Assembly (NCBI GenBank): GCA_038231275.1
Contig: JBBRLQ010000025.1
Coordinates: forward strand, 49,973-113,972
DNA length: 64,000 nucleotides
Reading direction: 5' to 3'
DNA from: Polyangiales bacterium
GTDB lineage: Bacteria > Myxococcota_A > Polyangia > Polyangiales > Polyangiaceae
Below, piece after piece: positions 33,172-43,602 of the stretch (position 1 is the first letter of the stretch; the number at the start of each line of letters is the position of its first letter). The notes under the pieces were generated by a model. The model ran no database searches, had not been told where the DNA came from, and saw nothing but the letters and a program-made list of their open reading frames with translations. The translations under genes were made by a program, and so were the position numbers.

Positions 33172-34656
33172 TCAGGCCTTATCGAGCTTGCCGACGAGGG
33201 AGAGGGTGAAGAACGCGCCCATGTACTTGAAGTGCGGGCGCACCTTCATGTCGACTTTGTACCAGCCGGCGTTCCCCTCGACGTCCTCGACGGTGATCGA
33301 CGCGGCGCGGAGCGGGCGCTTACCCCTGACCTCCGCCGATGCGTTGTCCATGTCGACGACGTACTGCATGATCCACTTGTTCAGATCGTGCTCGAGATCG
33401 CCGCGCTCCTTCGTGGAGCCGAGGGCCTCGCGCTGGAGCACTTTGATGTAGTGCGCGAGACGGCTGATGATGAACATGTACGGCATCTGGGTGCCGAGGC
33501 GGTAGTTGAGCTCCGCTTCGCGTCCCTCCGCCGATTGGCCGAAATACTTCGGCTTTTGGCAGCTGTTCGCGGAGAAGAACGCGGCGTTGTCGGAGTCCTT
33601 GCGGAAGGTGAGGGCGATGAACCCCTCCTCCGAGAGCTCGAACTCGCGACGCTCGCTGATCATGACCTCGGTCGGGATCTTCGTCTGGATCTCGCCCATC
33701 GCCTCGTACTGGTGGAGCGGCAAGTCCTCGACCGCGCCGCCCGCCTGGGGTCCGATGATGTTCGGGCACCAGCGGTACTTGGCGAAGCTGTCGGCGATGC
33801 GCGTCGCGAACGCGTACGTGCAGTTTCCCCAGAGGTAGGTCTCGTGCTGGCCGACCGTCTCCTCTTGGTAGTTGAACGAGCGGACGGGCACCGTGGCCGG
33901 GCCGAACGGGATGCGCAGCAGGAACCGCGGCATCAGGAGGCCGACGTAGCGTGAGTCCTCGGACTCGCGGAAGGATTGCCACTTGGCGTACTGAGGGCCC
34001 TCGAAGATGGCCTTCAGGTCCTTCAAGTTCGGCAGCTTCATGAAGTCTTTGTCGCCGAAAAACTGCGGTGCCGCGGCGGCGAAGAACGGCGCGTGCGACA
34101 TGGCAGAGACGGCGGCGCACTTCTGGAGGAGCAGGATGTCCTGCGGGCCGGGGCCGAACTCGTAGTTCGCGAAGATGGCGCCATACGGCTTGCCGCCGAA
34201 CTGCCCGTATTCCGCGGTGTAGACGGTCTTGTAGAGACCGCTCTTCATGATCTCGGGCGCGTCCTCGAAGTCGTTCAGCAAGTCTTCCTTGCTGCAGTTG
34301 AGGAGCTCGCAGTGGATGTTCTCGCGGAAATCAGTGCGGTCGACCGTGAACTTCAGGCCGCGCCACGCGCTCTCGAGACGCTGGAAGTCCGGGTGGTGGA
34401 GGATGGCGTCGAGCTGCTTCGAGATCTTCCCGTCGATCTCCGCGATGAGCGCGTCGGCGAAGGCGCGATCGACCTTCTCGCGGCGACCCGGTGCGAGGAG
34501 CTCCGAGATGAACGCCTGAACTCCCTTGCGGGTGACGTCGTATCCTTCATCGGTCGGCTTCAGCTGGGTTTCGCTGAGGATGTCGTCGAGCAGCGAGGTC
34601 TCGGTGGTGGTCTCTGCGGCGGCGGCTGCACCAGGCGCGGCTTTCGTGTCGGCCAT
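33172..34656 (-). CDS. tssC: T6SS contractile sheath large subunit TssC (VipB)
   Basis: ILHHPDFQRLESAWRGL, EYGQFGG.PYG, PRFLLR.P, YLWGN, SRLAHYIKVLQRE. Confidence 0.98.
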   Translation of the reverse strand: MADTKAAPGAAAAAETTTETSLLDDILSETQLKPTDEGYDVTRKGVQAFISELLAPGRREKVDRAFADALIAEIDGKISKQLDAILHHPDFQRLESAWRGLKFTVDRTDFRENIHCELLNCSKEDLLNDFEDAPEIMKSGLYKTVYTAEYGQFGGKPYGAIFANYEFGPGPQDILLLQKCAAVSAMSHAPFFAAAAPQFFGDKDFMKLPNLKDLKAIFEGPQYAKWQSFRESEDSRYVGLLMPRFLLRIPFGPATVPVRSFNYQEETVGQHETYLWGNCTYAFATRIADSFAKYRWCPNIIGPQAGGAVEDLPLHQYEAMGEIQTKIPTEVMISERREFELSEEGFIALTFRKDSDNAAFFSANSCQKPKYFGQSAEGREAELNYRLGTQMPYMFIISRLAHYIKVLQREALGSTKERGDLEHDLNKWIMQYVVDMDNASAEVRGKRPLRAASITVEDVEGNAGWYKVDMKVRPHFKYMGAFFTLSLVGKLDKA

Positions 34657-34657
34657 C

Positions 34658-35161
34658 TCAGCTACCCTCTCCTTCGTCGCCCTTGATGCCGAGCTCCTTC
34701 ACGAGCTTCTCGCGTTGGCCGCTGTCGTTCAGGAGCGCCTGGATCTTGCGCTTGAACGCCGGCACGTTGCCGAGCGGGCCCTTCAGGGCGGTCAGTGCCT
34801 TGCGTAGCTCGAGGAGCCTCTTCAGCTCGGGGACCTGCTCGGCGACCGACTCGGGACCGAAGTCCCCGAGGTTCTTGAACTTCAGGTTGACGGAGAGGAA
34901 CGCGTCCTTTTCGCCCGAGAGTTGGTCGGGCACCGACATGTCGAGCGAGAGGTTCTGCTCGGCGAGGACCTGCTGGAAGTTGTCCTTGTCGATGTTGATC
35001 GGCTTGCGATCTTCCAGCGGGCGCGGATCGGGCTTGCCGGTGTAATCGCCGATGAAGAGCATCTGGAGGGGGAGCTCGACCTCTTCACGCGCGTCGCCGA
35101 TCGCCGGCTTGTACACGACGTTGATGCGCTCTTTCGGAGCGACTGATCCTTGTTTCGCCAT
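34658..35161 (-). CDS. tssB: T6SS contractile sheath small subunit TssB (VipA)
   Basis: SVAPKERINV.Y, ELPL, IDKDNF, DF.PE.VA.QVPEL..LLELR.AL..LKGPLGNVPAF. Confidence 0.97.
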   Translation of the reverse strand: MAKQGSVAPKERINVVYKPAIGDAREEVELPLQMLFIGDYTGKPDPRPLEDRKPINIDKDNFQQVLAEQNLSLDMSVPDQLSGEKDAFLSVNLKFKNLGDFGPESVAEQVPELKRLLELRKALTALKGPLGNVPAFKRKIQALLNDSGQREKLVKELGIKGDEGEGS

Positions 35162-35221
35162 TCGAGTTCCTCTTTTGACTACGCGTGCCTAAGCCGCGTT
35201 CTCCCTGATTGCCCTGGCCGC

Positions 35222-35237
35222 TGCATTAGTGGCGCCT
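35222..35237 (-). promoter_or_regulatory. Possible sigma-54 (-24/-12) promoter for tssB-tssC-hcp
   Basis: Minus strand AGGCGCC-ACTA-ATGCA gives GG-N10-GC; imperfect match to TGGCACG-N4-TTGCW. Confidence 0.3.
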
Positions 35238-36855
35238 AGAGACCCATGCGAACCGCCAAGGCAGGATCCAGGCGACATATCTTCTCAATTATGACCGCCT
35301 CCCGGTGCTCCGCGTCAACAAATGGGGGATTTGTTGCACGCAGAGAAGACAGGAGCGCAGCATACACGGACACACACAACTCGGGATCCCACGTCTCGAG
35401 CGAGCGGACGTCGATCTGCCGGAGGAGCCCTTCGAGGATGGGGCGTGACACGCCCGGCTTCTGCGCTTCGAGGGCCAGCTTCGCCGCGTCGAGCTCGAGT
35501 CGGAAGGCCGTTCGCGCGTCGGGGGAGCGGCGCGCGAGCTGCACCATGAGGCCCACGCCGTCGCCGATGCGGCCCGCCGCGATCGCCTCGCGCGCGACCG
35601 CGAGCTTTGCTTCGCGATCGGCCTTGTCGGCCTCGAGGGCCGCGTCCGACGCGCCGCCGCCGCCGCCCTTGCTGCGCAGCGCGTTGAGCCACTCGGAGGT
35701 GTCGGGCCCCGCGAAGGGCATGCCGCCGGAGAACTGGAGGTTCACGAGGTTCGGAAAGCGATCGACGAAGCCGAGGGTCATGTGGGCGACGACCGCCGCC
35801 GCGGGCTTCGAGCTGCCCCCGATCGTGTCGAGGGCGCGGGCGACCCAGAAGTGGAGATCGAGCCAGAACGGGTACTCGCCGACAGCGCCCTCCGCCTGAC
35901 GCAGGAGGTCGGCCCAGCGCGCGTTGCCGGCGTGGGCTTGGAGGTCCGCGACGACGCCGGGATCGGGCGGCGGCACGAACGTCGTGCTGCCTTGCGCCTC
36001 GGGCAGCTCGCCGATCGTGAGCCACGCGCCCGTGCGCGAGAGGAAGTACGCCCATGCGCGCGCGGGGTCCTGCTGGAAGAGGGCCCGCGCGGCGCTCAGG
36101 ATGGCCTTCTCGCACTTGCTGAGCGCGGCGTCGACGTCGGCGACGCTCGAGACGGTGCCGACCTGAGGCGGCGCGACGCGGATGACCTGCCCAGAGCCCC
36201 CGCCCTGCGACGCACCGGACGTGCCCGCCATCGTGCGGTCGGGCGACTCGGTCGCAGGGCCTCCCGCTTCGTCGGCAGGCGTGGGCTCGGGCGGCTTGGG
36301 GACGCTCGCGAGGCGCGTCGCGATGAGGCGCCGAACGACGCCGAGGCCAGGATGCATCTCGCCGAGCTGCTTGCCGAGGATGTCGTCCAGATCCTTGAAA
36401 AGGATCTCGCACGCAGCGAGCGAATCGCCGTCGGAGATCGTGACGTCCTTGTTTTCTTGGGCGTTCGCGACTTGCTCGATGAGCCAGCCGAACAGATTTG
36501 CGCGCGCGCGCGGGCGGCGCTCGGGGAACATCGTGTCCCAGTATTTGTCGCAGTGCGCGCGCAGGACGACGAGCCCGTCGGCGAGGCCCGTCCAGCTCTG
36601 ACGGTGCATGCGCGCGACGCAGTTCCACGTCGCGAGGCGCATGTCTTTCGTGCGCGTCGAGAGGAGCTTGGAGCTGATCGTGGCGACGACCTCCCAGTTG
36701 GGCTGCCCCGTCACTGCGCCGAGCTTCTCGACCTCCGCCTTGACCTTCTCGAACTCGGTGTCGAAGGAGAGATCGTCGCCGCCCGGCTTCGCGCCGGGTA
36801 TCGGCGCCGTCAGCGCGCTGTTGCGCGCTTCGATCGGTTCGACGACGTCGGCCAT
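35236..36855 (-). CDS. tssA: T6SS TssA (ImpA_N + VasJ-like)
   Basis: L..PI.G..PGG.D.....F; W..V......LL..RTKD.R.A.W; PFWLDL; L..W.P. Confidence 0.88.
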   Translation of the reverse strand: MADVVEPIEARNSALTAPIPGAKPGGDDLSFDTEFEKVKAEVEKLGAVTGQPNWEVVATISSKLLSTRTKDMRLATWNCVARMHRQSWTGLADGLVVLRAHCDKYWDTMFPERRPRARANLFGWLIEQVANAQENKDVTISDGDSLAACEILFKDLDDILGKQLGEMHPGLGVVRRLIATRLASVPKPPEPTPADEAGGPATESPDRTMAGTSGASQGGGSGQVIRVAPPQVGTVSSVADVDAALSKCEKAILSAARALFQQDPARAWAYFLSRTGAWLTIGELPEAQGSTTFVPPPDPGVVADLQAHAGNARWADLLRQAEGAVGEYPFWLDLHFWVARALDTIGGSSKPAAAVVAHMTLGFVDRFPNLVNLQFSGGMPFAGPDTSEWLNALRSKGGGGGASDAALEADKADREAKLAVAREAIAAGRIGDGVGLMVQLARRSPDARTAFRLELDAAKLALEAQKPGVSRPILEGLLRQIDVRSLETWDPELCVSVYAALLSSLRATNPPFVDAEHREAVIIEKICRLDPALAVRMGL

Positions 36856-36856
36856 C

Positions 36857-37864
36857 TCACGCTTCGAGGAGCCCGAGCAGCTCGGCGACCGGCGCGTCTC
36901 CCCCCTCGAGCAGCATTCCGAGCGGCCTCGGAAAGCTCGAGATGAGCTGCGGCCGGTGCTCGTTCGCGGTGACGCCCAGGAGGTTCACGACGTGATCACT
37001 GTCGGGATCGGGGGACCACAGCTCGGCGAGCGCGCTCGGCGTGACTTGGCCCAGCTGAATCAAGATGGAGCCGTCGTCGCCGTCGAACGACCAGAAGCAC
37101 GTCGGCGTCGTCGCCCGCCACCTGGCGACGCGGCGCACGATGTCGAGCCAGAACACCGCCGCAGCGATCCCCGCTGAACCGAGGCGCAGCCGCACCGCGA
37201 GCGGCGTCGTGAGGTTCTCGCGCTCGCCGAACGGACCGAGCGCCTCGCGGATCGCTTTCAGCGCGCCCAGCGGCGCGTCCGATTCGGCGCTCCCGTAGAT
37301 GGCCGCCCAGGCGACGCTCACCGGCGTGCTCCGCGTCCACGCGTCGTATTCCGTGGCCACCGCGTCGGTGTAGACAGACGGCAGCGCGACCCGCGCGATG
37401 CGCTCCTGGTACTCCGACGCGCTCGTCACCGCGTTTGCGTCAACGGACGCCGCGGTGGCCGACTCGAGGAAATCACCGAGTAGCAGCGGCAAGAGGTGGG
37501 GGTACGGCGAGACGTCGCGCTCGCCGATCTGCGCGAACACGACGAGCGGGAACTTACGACCGACCGAGTCGTGGCTCGGCTTCAGGACTCCGACGAGCAG
37601 CCCGCCGTCGCGCACCGGCGGCTTGAACACGAACGCGTGGATGGGGCCTTTGCCATAGACGCCGGGCCACGCCGCCGCGTGCTTCTTCTCGCCGGCGGCC
37701 ATGCCCGCCTCGAGCCACTGCTCGAAGGCCGGGTGCGGCTTGGCCCCCGCGCGGACGAAGTCGCCCATCTTGGGGACCTTGCCGTACGCGCCGACGGCCA
37801 CTGGCACCGGCGGCAGCGTCGACGCGGCGTCCTTCTTGTCTTTCTTGAAGAACGGGAACGGCAA
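36857..37864 (-). CDS. tagF: T6SS-associated TagF (DUF2094)
   Basis: YGKVP..GDFVR, W...G, GV..PS.D.VGR.FPL. Confidence 0.9.
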   Translation of the reverse strand: MPFPFFKKDKKDAASTLPPVPVAVGAYGKVPKMGDFVRAGAKPHPAFEQWLEAGMAAGEKKHAAAWPGVYGKGPIHAFVFKPPVRDGGLLVGVLKPSHDSVGRKFPLVVFAQIGERDVSPYPHLLPLLLGDFLESATAASVDANAVTSASEYQERIARVALPSVYTDAVATEYDAWTRSTPVSVAWAAIYGSAESDAPLGALKAIREALGPFGERENLTTPLAVRLRLGSAGIAAAVFWLDIVRRVARWRATTPTCFWSFDGDDGSILIQLGQVTPSALAELWSPDPDSDHVVNLLGVTANEHRPQLISSFPRPLGMLLEGGDAPVAELLGLLEA

Positions 37865-37867
37865 GCG

Positions 37868-40800
37868 TCACCTGACGCCGACGGCGATGACGCGCGGACA
37901 GGTGTACGGCTTGAACACGCGCGATTTGCGCGTGATGTACGACGGGAACACGCTCTCGTCCTTCGTCGGCCGAATGTCCACCTTGACCACCCCCTGCTGC
38001 GAGCGCAGCACCCACGTCACCACGATCGTCTGAGGCGCGCCGCGCTTGCCGCCTTCGGTGCCGGGCTCGATCTTGCTCGCGGCGTCGAAGAGGCGGAAGA
38101 GGCCCCACTCGCCGGGCCGCAAGATCTCCTCGTCGAGGCTGTTGTAGCCGTGGATCTTCACGCGGCTCTGCTCGCTCTTCGGATCCTTGGCGGGCCACTG
38201 GACGGTGATCCACTCCTCGGGCTCGTTCTTGTACGTGTGGCTCACGCCGTTGATGTCGAAGGTGACGTCGGCGATGTTGTCCGAGATGCTGTGGAGGTTC
38301 AGATCGAACTCCACGAGCGGCTTGTCGCTCTTCTCGGGGAACGTCGCCTTCGAGATCTCGAGCCCGCGGTCGTAGCACTTGAGGAAGCCGCCGGTGTAGC
38401 CGGGCGTATGGCCGAAGCGCGTGCCCGGCACGAAGTGATCGCCGACCTTGTCGATCGAGCCCTTGAGGCTCGTATCGTAGAAGCCGAAGAGGACACCGCC
38501 GGGTCGGAAGAACTCGGTGTAGTCCTGGACCTTGACGTCCTTCCAGGTGTCGGCGAACGGGTAGCCGTCCTCGAGCTTGCTGTGCCATTTGGCCCAGACG
38601 TCGGACTCCCAGTTGCCGCCCTCGGTGCCGATGGCGCTGGTTTTGTACCCGGCCCACGCCATCTCCAGCGGGTTCAAGAGGAGCGGCGAGATGATGGGGC
38701 GCGTGAAGCCGCTCTGCGACGGCGACAGGAGCTCGTTGGTCGTCCGGATCGCGTTCTCGAACGCGGCGGTCACGGCCTTTGGATCGACGCCCTTGCCCTT
38801 GCTGTCGCGGAGATCGGTGAGGATGGCGACGACGTTGGCGACGATGCGATCCTGGTAGTGCGCGAGCTGCGTGTCCGACGGCTTGTTCGGATCGACGGGG
38901 CCGGGCTTCACGCCGAAGCGAACCATCGGCTGGAACGCGATCTCGGGCGGCATCGGCTGGCGGGCGGCCGGCAAAGGATCGATCAGACCCGCGTCGACCA
39001 GGATTTGCGTCGACGGGTTGTTCTGCAGGATCTTTCGCTTCGCTTCGTTCTCGAGAACCTGCTCGGCGAACTCGCTCGCGGGCGGGTCGAGGCGCGTATT
39101 TTCCTCGAGCGTCCGCTCTAGACGCAGGTACGGCCACGGCACCTCGCTCAGCGCCTGAAGCTCCTCGAGCGCCTCGTCGTTGCTCGTCGGCTTGCGAACG
39201 TCGAGGTCCTTGAGGAAGTCCGCCCACGCGCGGATGTAGGCGTTGAAGTAGCGCTCGCGAAGCTCTTTGAGCTGCTTCTCCATCTGCGCGAGGCCGAGCT
39301 GATCGGTCTCGCCGAGGACCCAGCGCTCGAGCGCGAGCTGCTTCGCGCGGTCTTTCCCGAGCCGATCGCGCACGTACGTCTCCCAGCCGATCTTCGTGAA
39401 CGCGCCGGTGACGACGATCTCGGGGCTGCTCTTGGAGGTGACGTACGAGCCGAACGCTGTGTTGAGGAAAATAGACTCACGCGTGATCGGCGGGACGTTC
39501 TCGTTCGCGTCGCGGATGAGGCCGCTGTACTCGCGATCGGCCGCCGAGACGCGCTTGAGGAAGGACCTCACGCGGTTCTTCAGGTTCTCGTCGCACGTCC
39601 ACGGAGGGATCTCCTTCCGCTTCATGAGCTCGAGGTAGTAGTTCACGTGCGGGCGGAGGACTTCCTTCTCGCCCTTGCCGCTCGCGCCGAGCGCGCGGCC
39701 CCAGCCGTCGGTGAGCGCGCCGGTCTCCCACTCGACGTCGAGACGATCGACGTCGCACGCCTGGAGGTAGGCCTTCAGGCGGTTGAAGTAGGTGTTGTAC
39801 TCGTCGGTGGTGAGCGAAGTCTTGTCGACGATCGCGCGGAGCTCGTCCTCGATCCGGCCCTTGGTGGGCCGAGCGAATCCCTCTTGGAGGTTCGAGATGT
39901 AGACGGCGCGCGTGGGCTCGTAGAGATCGTCGCCGACGTACATGCCCCAGCGGTACGCGATGGGCGCGCCATCTTGCTTCCACGCGTCGAGTTGCTTCAG
40001 CTGCGCGCGCAGATCGTCGAAGCGGCGGACCTTGTCGACGATCGTCATCGTGCGATCGTTCCATGGCACCTTGGTCGCCTCTGCCGCGACCTGCTCGGTC
40101 TGCGCGAGGAGCTGGCGGTTCTTGAGGAACGTGCACGACGACGGCAGGACGAGGATGCTCGCGAGGAGGAGGCACGCGATCGCGAAGGCGATGCGGTTGA
40201 TCAGCTGGCGGCGCAGCTCACCCTTGGTGCGACCGGCGTAGTTCTGATCGGGGAAGACGATGCGGCGGAAGACGTCGGTGACGAAGTAGCTCTTCGACTC
40301 GGTGGTCTGCTGCGGCGGCTGGATGGGCTGGGCGCTTCCGATGTTGAAGACGCGAAGCATTCCGCCGATGACGCGATCGATCGGGCTGCCCTCTTGCGTG
40401 CCGCTCGTGAAGTACACGCCGCGGAGGATCGGGGTCTCCTGGAACGCGTTCGGCGCGAAGAGCGACGTGACGAAGTCGGAGAGGTTCTCCCGGAGGGACT
40501 GGAACTCGAGCGGGAAGTGGAAGACGGCGCGGCGCGCGTCGGGCGAGCGCTCGTTGCCGATGCGGCGGACGGCGCGCGCGTGGAGCGTCAGCGCGAGCTG
40601 ATCGAACTCGTCCTCGAACTGGGCGGCCGCCGCCTGCTGCATCGGTCCCATGAGCGGGAACGTCACGCCCCACGTCTGCGAGCGCTCGCTCTTGCGGAGA
40701 TCGTTCCAGAACTCCACGAAGCCGGCGACGAGATCCATCTTGGTGAAGACGACGTAAATCGGCACCACCATGCGCAGGCGCGTCATCACCTCGTCGATGC

Positions 40801-41482
40801 GGCCGCGGATTCGCTTCGCCTGCGCGTCGATCTCCTCCTCGGTCGCCTGCATCAGATCGGTGACGCTGATGGCGACGAGGATGCCGTTCACGGGCTTACG
40901 TGAGCGGTATTTCAGCAGCATTCCGAGGAAGGCGAGCCACTCTTCGTGGTCGTCGGCCTCGGTGGTGTAGCGGCCGGCGGTGTCGAGGAGGATGCCCTCG
41001 TTCGTGAACCACCAGTCGCAGTTGCGCGTGCCGCCGATGCCGCGCACGCCTCCGCCCTTGGGATCCAAGAACGGGAACGCGAGGCCCGAGTGCTTGAGGG
41101 CCGTCGTCTTGCCGGCGCCCGGCGGGCCGATCATGAGGTACCAGGGCAGCGAATAGAGCGCCGTCGCGCCGGTCTGCCCGAGCTTGCTCGCCTTCAGCGA
41201 CGCGATGCCGCGCTGGAGCTGGACCTGCAGCTCCATGATCTCGGCGCGGCGATCGGGGCGGGCGTTGGCGGCTTGCTCCTCGGCCTGCTTGAGCATGTCG
41301 CGCTCGAGCTTCTTCGCCTGCATCACCATGCGGATGCGTCGGAAGAGGATGGCCGCGACGACCATCAGGACGATGAGGACGGTGAGGAGGATCTTCAGCC
41401 ACAGCGCCCAGCCGAGGAAGAAGCCGCCCAGCCACGTCCCGACGAGGAGGAAGAGCGCGAGGATGATTGACCAGAGGACCAT
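37868..41482 (-). CDS. tssM: T6SS membrane complex subunit TssM (IcmF)
   Basis: LY.LPWY..IGPPGAGKTT, GT.NCDWWF, DTAGRY, RG.YFTSGTQEG, C-terminal G.WGLFRL. Confidence 0.97.
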   Translation of the reverse strand: MVLWSIILALFLLVGTWLGGFFLGWALWLKILLTVLIVLMVVAAILFRRIRMVMQAKKLERDMLKQAEEQAANARPDRRAEIMELQVQLQRGIASLKASKLGQTGATALYSLPWYLMIGPPGAGKTTALKHSGLAFPFLDPKGGGVRGIGGTRNCDWWFTNEGILLDTAGRYTTEADDHEEWLAFLGMLLKYRSRKPVNGILVAISVTDLMQATEEEIDAQAKRIRGRIDEVMTRLRMVVPIYVVFTKMDLVAGFVEFWNDLRKSERSQTWGVTFPLMGPMQQAAAAQFEDEFDQLALTLHARAVRRIGNERSPDARRAVFHFPLEFQSLRENLSDFVTSLFAPNAFQETPILRGVYFTSGTQEGSPIDRVIGGMLRVFNIGSAQPIQPPQQTTESKSYFVTDVFRRIVFPDQNYAGRTKGELRRQLINRIAFAIACLLLASILVLPSSCTFLKNRQLLAQTEQVAAEATKVPWNDRTMTIVDKVRRFDDLRAQLKQLDAWKQDGAPIAYRWGMYVGDDLYEPTRAVYISNLQEGFARPTKGRIEDELRAIVDKTSLTTDEYNTYFNRLKAYLQACDVDRLDVEWETGALTDGWGRALGASGKGEKEVLRPHVNYYLELMKRKEIPPWTCDENLKNRVRSFLKRVSAADREYSGLIRDANENVPPITRESIFLNTAFGSYVTSKSSPEIVVTGAFTKIGWETYVRDRLGKDRAKQLALERWVLGETDQLGLAQMEKQLKELRERYFNAYIRAWADFLKDLDVRKPTSNDEALEELQALSEVPWPYLRLERTLEENTRLDPPASEFAEQVLENEAKRKILQNNPSTQILVDAGLIDPLPAARQPMPPEIAFQPMVRFGVKPGPVDPNKPSDTQLAHYQDRIVANVVAILTDLRDSKGKGVDPKAVTAAFENAIRTTNELLSPSQSGFTRPIISPLLLNPLEMAWAGYKTSAIGTEGGNWESDVWAKWHSKLEDGYPFADTWKDVKVQDYTEFFRPGGVLFGFYDTSLKGSIDKVGDHFVPGTRFGHTPGYTGGFLKCYDRGLEISKATFPEKSDKPLVEFDLNLHSISDNIADVTFDINGVSHTYKNEPEEWITVQWPAKDPKSEQSRVKIHGYNSLDEEILRPGEWGLFRLFDAASKIEPGTEGGKRGAPQTIVVTWVLRSQQGVVKVDIRPTKDESVFPSYITRKSRVFKPYTCPRVIAVGVR

Positions 41483-41489
41483 GGCGCTC

Positions 41490-42182
41490 TTAGGGTTTCG
41501 CCGGGGACTGAGCCGCGGTGATCGTGGACGACTTGGTCATTCTGCTCGATGTGGCCGATGTGCCGATGAGCAGGGTCACCTTGAGGGCGACAAACAAGGC
41601 GAGTGCCAGGCCGAAGAAGATGAGCGAGAGCATCACGATCGGGCGCTCTTGCTGGACGAGCGAGCGCACTCCGTCACGCGGCTCGCCGTGGGGGCTGATG
41701 ACGTCGCTTGGGGGCAGCGCGCGAGAGACTTCGGCGCCGACCTGGTCCATGAGCGGGCCCATGCCCTCCCCTTGCCGGACCGCGTACTTTCCGAGGAATC
41801 CGAGCTCGAGGCACCAGTAAAAAATCTCGAGGACGTGCGCCTTGTGCGTCTGGCCTTGGAGCGCCTGCATGCGCTGGAAGAAGCCTTCGCCGGCGGTGTT
41901 CTCGTTGAAGTAGAGAAACTGCAGCGGGCGCGAGAGCCACTGGTTGCGGCCCGGCCAGTCGTTGCGCAGGACCTGCTCGTCCATGAACGCGGCGATGGCG
42001 TAGCGCGCCTCGTTGAAGTCCTCCTCCGGGATCCCGACGTCGCGGCAGCGGCGCGACATCTGATCGAACATCGAGGAGATGCGGCGCTGAAGCTCGTCGG
42101 CCGGCGGGAGCGCGTGGGAGAGCCCGATCTGCGTTGCGAGCGAGAGAGCGCCGGCACATGCCCAGTACATCTTGTCGATCAT
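41490..42182 (-). CDS. tssL: T6SS TssL (DotU), no OmpA domain
   Basis: ARYAIAAF.DE, W...PLQ..YF.E..AGEGFF, CL.LGF.GKY, C-terminal TM helix. Confidence 0.94.
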   Translation of the reverse strand: MIDKMYWACAGALSLATQIGLSHALPPADELQRRISSMFDQMSRRCRDVGIPEEDFNEARYAIAAFMDEQVLRNDWPGRNQWLSRPLQFLYFNENTAGEGFFQRMQALQGQTHKAHVLEIFYWCLELGFLGKYAVRQGEGMGPLMDQVGAEVSRALPPSDVISPHGEPRDGVRSLVQQERPIVMLSLIFFGLALALFVALKVTLLIGTSATSSRMTKSSTITAAQSPAKP

Positions 42183-42237
42183 GCCCGCCTCCTTTCGCTC
42201 ATTCCGAATCCATCAAATGCGTATAGGAACAAGGTGA

Positions 42238-43602
42238 TCATCGCAAATTCGCGGGGTCTACCGCAAAAAGCTGGAGCGTGATCGCGTCGGGCTCGATCGG
42301 CTGGTAGATGGCGACCGTTCCCGTTCCGGCGATGTCGTTCCAGAAATCCGGGGTCTTCGTCAGCTTGAAATAAATGATGCCGCTGCGCACGGGCAGCGCC
42401 CCCGGGGGCCGGTACTCGAGCTCGAGCTTGGCTCCGTTGACGGCGCTGTTGAGGATCGAGTTGATGTGGTTCCAGGAGGCCACCTTGGTCAGCTTGGGCA
42501 ACCGCTCGCGGACTTGCCCTTCGGGGACGGCGTTGGTGGCGCGGACCGCCACGAAGAACTCGCACTTGAGGAGGGCGCGATCCTCGATCTGGCCGAGGTA
42601 CATGCCGTCCTCGCGCTTGGTGAGCGGAATTTCGATGTATTTCTCCGCCACGACGGCGTCGAGGAGCGTGTACGCGCGCTGGAACATCGGCGCGAAGGTC
42701 TCGCCGAGGTCCTGGAAGTTAAAACGCGGGATCGTGGTCGGATCTCCCTCGACGGCGAACGTACAGAGGAGACCGATGAGCTGCGCGAGCGCGATGTAGG
42801 CGTCCTCTGGGTGGCTGGTGCCTTGATCGGCGAGGTGCGCGAACGGCGGGATCGTCAGGTTGAGGGCATTGAGGAGCCAGAATTTGGCGGCGTCGCTCGC
42901 CTGGAACTCGACCGCGGCCGCGGTGCGCTGGCGGCGCGTATCGGCGAGGCTCCGCTGCTTGGCGGTCATCGCCTCGAGGAGACGCGTGAAGCCGGTCATC
43001 AAGAACTGCGACGCCGAGATGCGGAGCGCCGGCGGGACGAACCCCTCCTTCACGATGATCGTGCCGGTCGCCGAGCGCGTGAGCTGCGCGACGCGGATGA
43101 GATCGAGCGCGTCCTTGCGCTCCTCGCCGATGATGATGCGGTAGTTGCGGCGGGCGAACTGCATCGGCTGCTCGCCCTGCCCGAGGTTGAAATCGAGCTG
43201 CGAGCCGTGCTCGCGGATGAAGCGGGTGAGCGCGCCGGGACGCGCGTCGAGGTCCACGTTCGCGCCGGTGTCGCTCTCGGTCTGGAGGCCGACGAAGATG
43301 TCGAGCGTGCGCGTCTGCGCGGTGAGCGCGTTCTCGATCGGCCGCGCGGGGAGCGTGTCGTCGGTGTTCTCGCCCACGAAGATCGGCGTCCCGTCCGGCA
43401 AAATGGCGCTCAAGCGCTGGAGGCGAAACTGCCCGGTCGCGAGCGCGCGCTCGTCGATTTCGATGTCGGTGACGCCCCAGCCGTAGGGCTGCGCGGCGGC
43501 GATGCGGTCGTGGAGGAGCTGTTCGTGGTAGCGATCGAGCTGCTGAAGGTGGTGCTGCGTGATGAACAGCCCTTCGGTCCAGATCAGCTTCTTCGCCCTC
43601 AT
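42238..43602 (-). CDS. tssK: T6SS baseplate subunit TssK
   Basis: MRAKKLIWTEGLFITQHHLQQLDRY, YGWG, ILPDGT. ATG overlaps the tssJ stop. Confidence 0.94.
   Translation of the reverse strand: MRAKKLIWTEGLFITQHHLQQLDRYHEQLLHDRIAAAQPYGWGVTDIEIDERALATGQFRLQRLSAILPDGTPIFVGENTDDTLPARPIENALTAQTRTLDIFVGLQTESDTGANVDLDARPGALTRFIREHGSQLDFNLGQGEQPMQFARRNYRIIIGEERKDALDLIRVAQLTRSATGTIIVKEGFVPPALRISASQFLMTGFTRLLEAMTAKQRSLADTRRQRTAAAVEFQASDAAKFWLLNALNLTIPPFAHLADQGTSHPEDAYIALAQLIGLLCTFAVEGDPTTIPRFNFQDLGETFAPMFQRAYTLLDAVVAEKYIEIPLTKREDGMYLGQIEDRALLKCEFFVAVRATNAVPEGQVRERLPKLTKVASWNHINSILNSAVNGAKLELEYRPPGALPVRSGIIYFKLTKTPDFWNDIAGTGTVAIYQPIEPDAITLQLFAVDPANLR

Noticed and set aside
29116..35161. Prophage tail or eCIS
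   Set aside because: TssJLM, TssK, TssA and ClpV are present, and there are no capsid, terminase, integrase or tape-measure genes, so this is a canonical T6SS.
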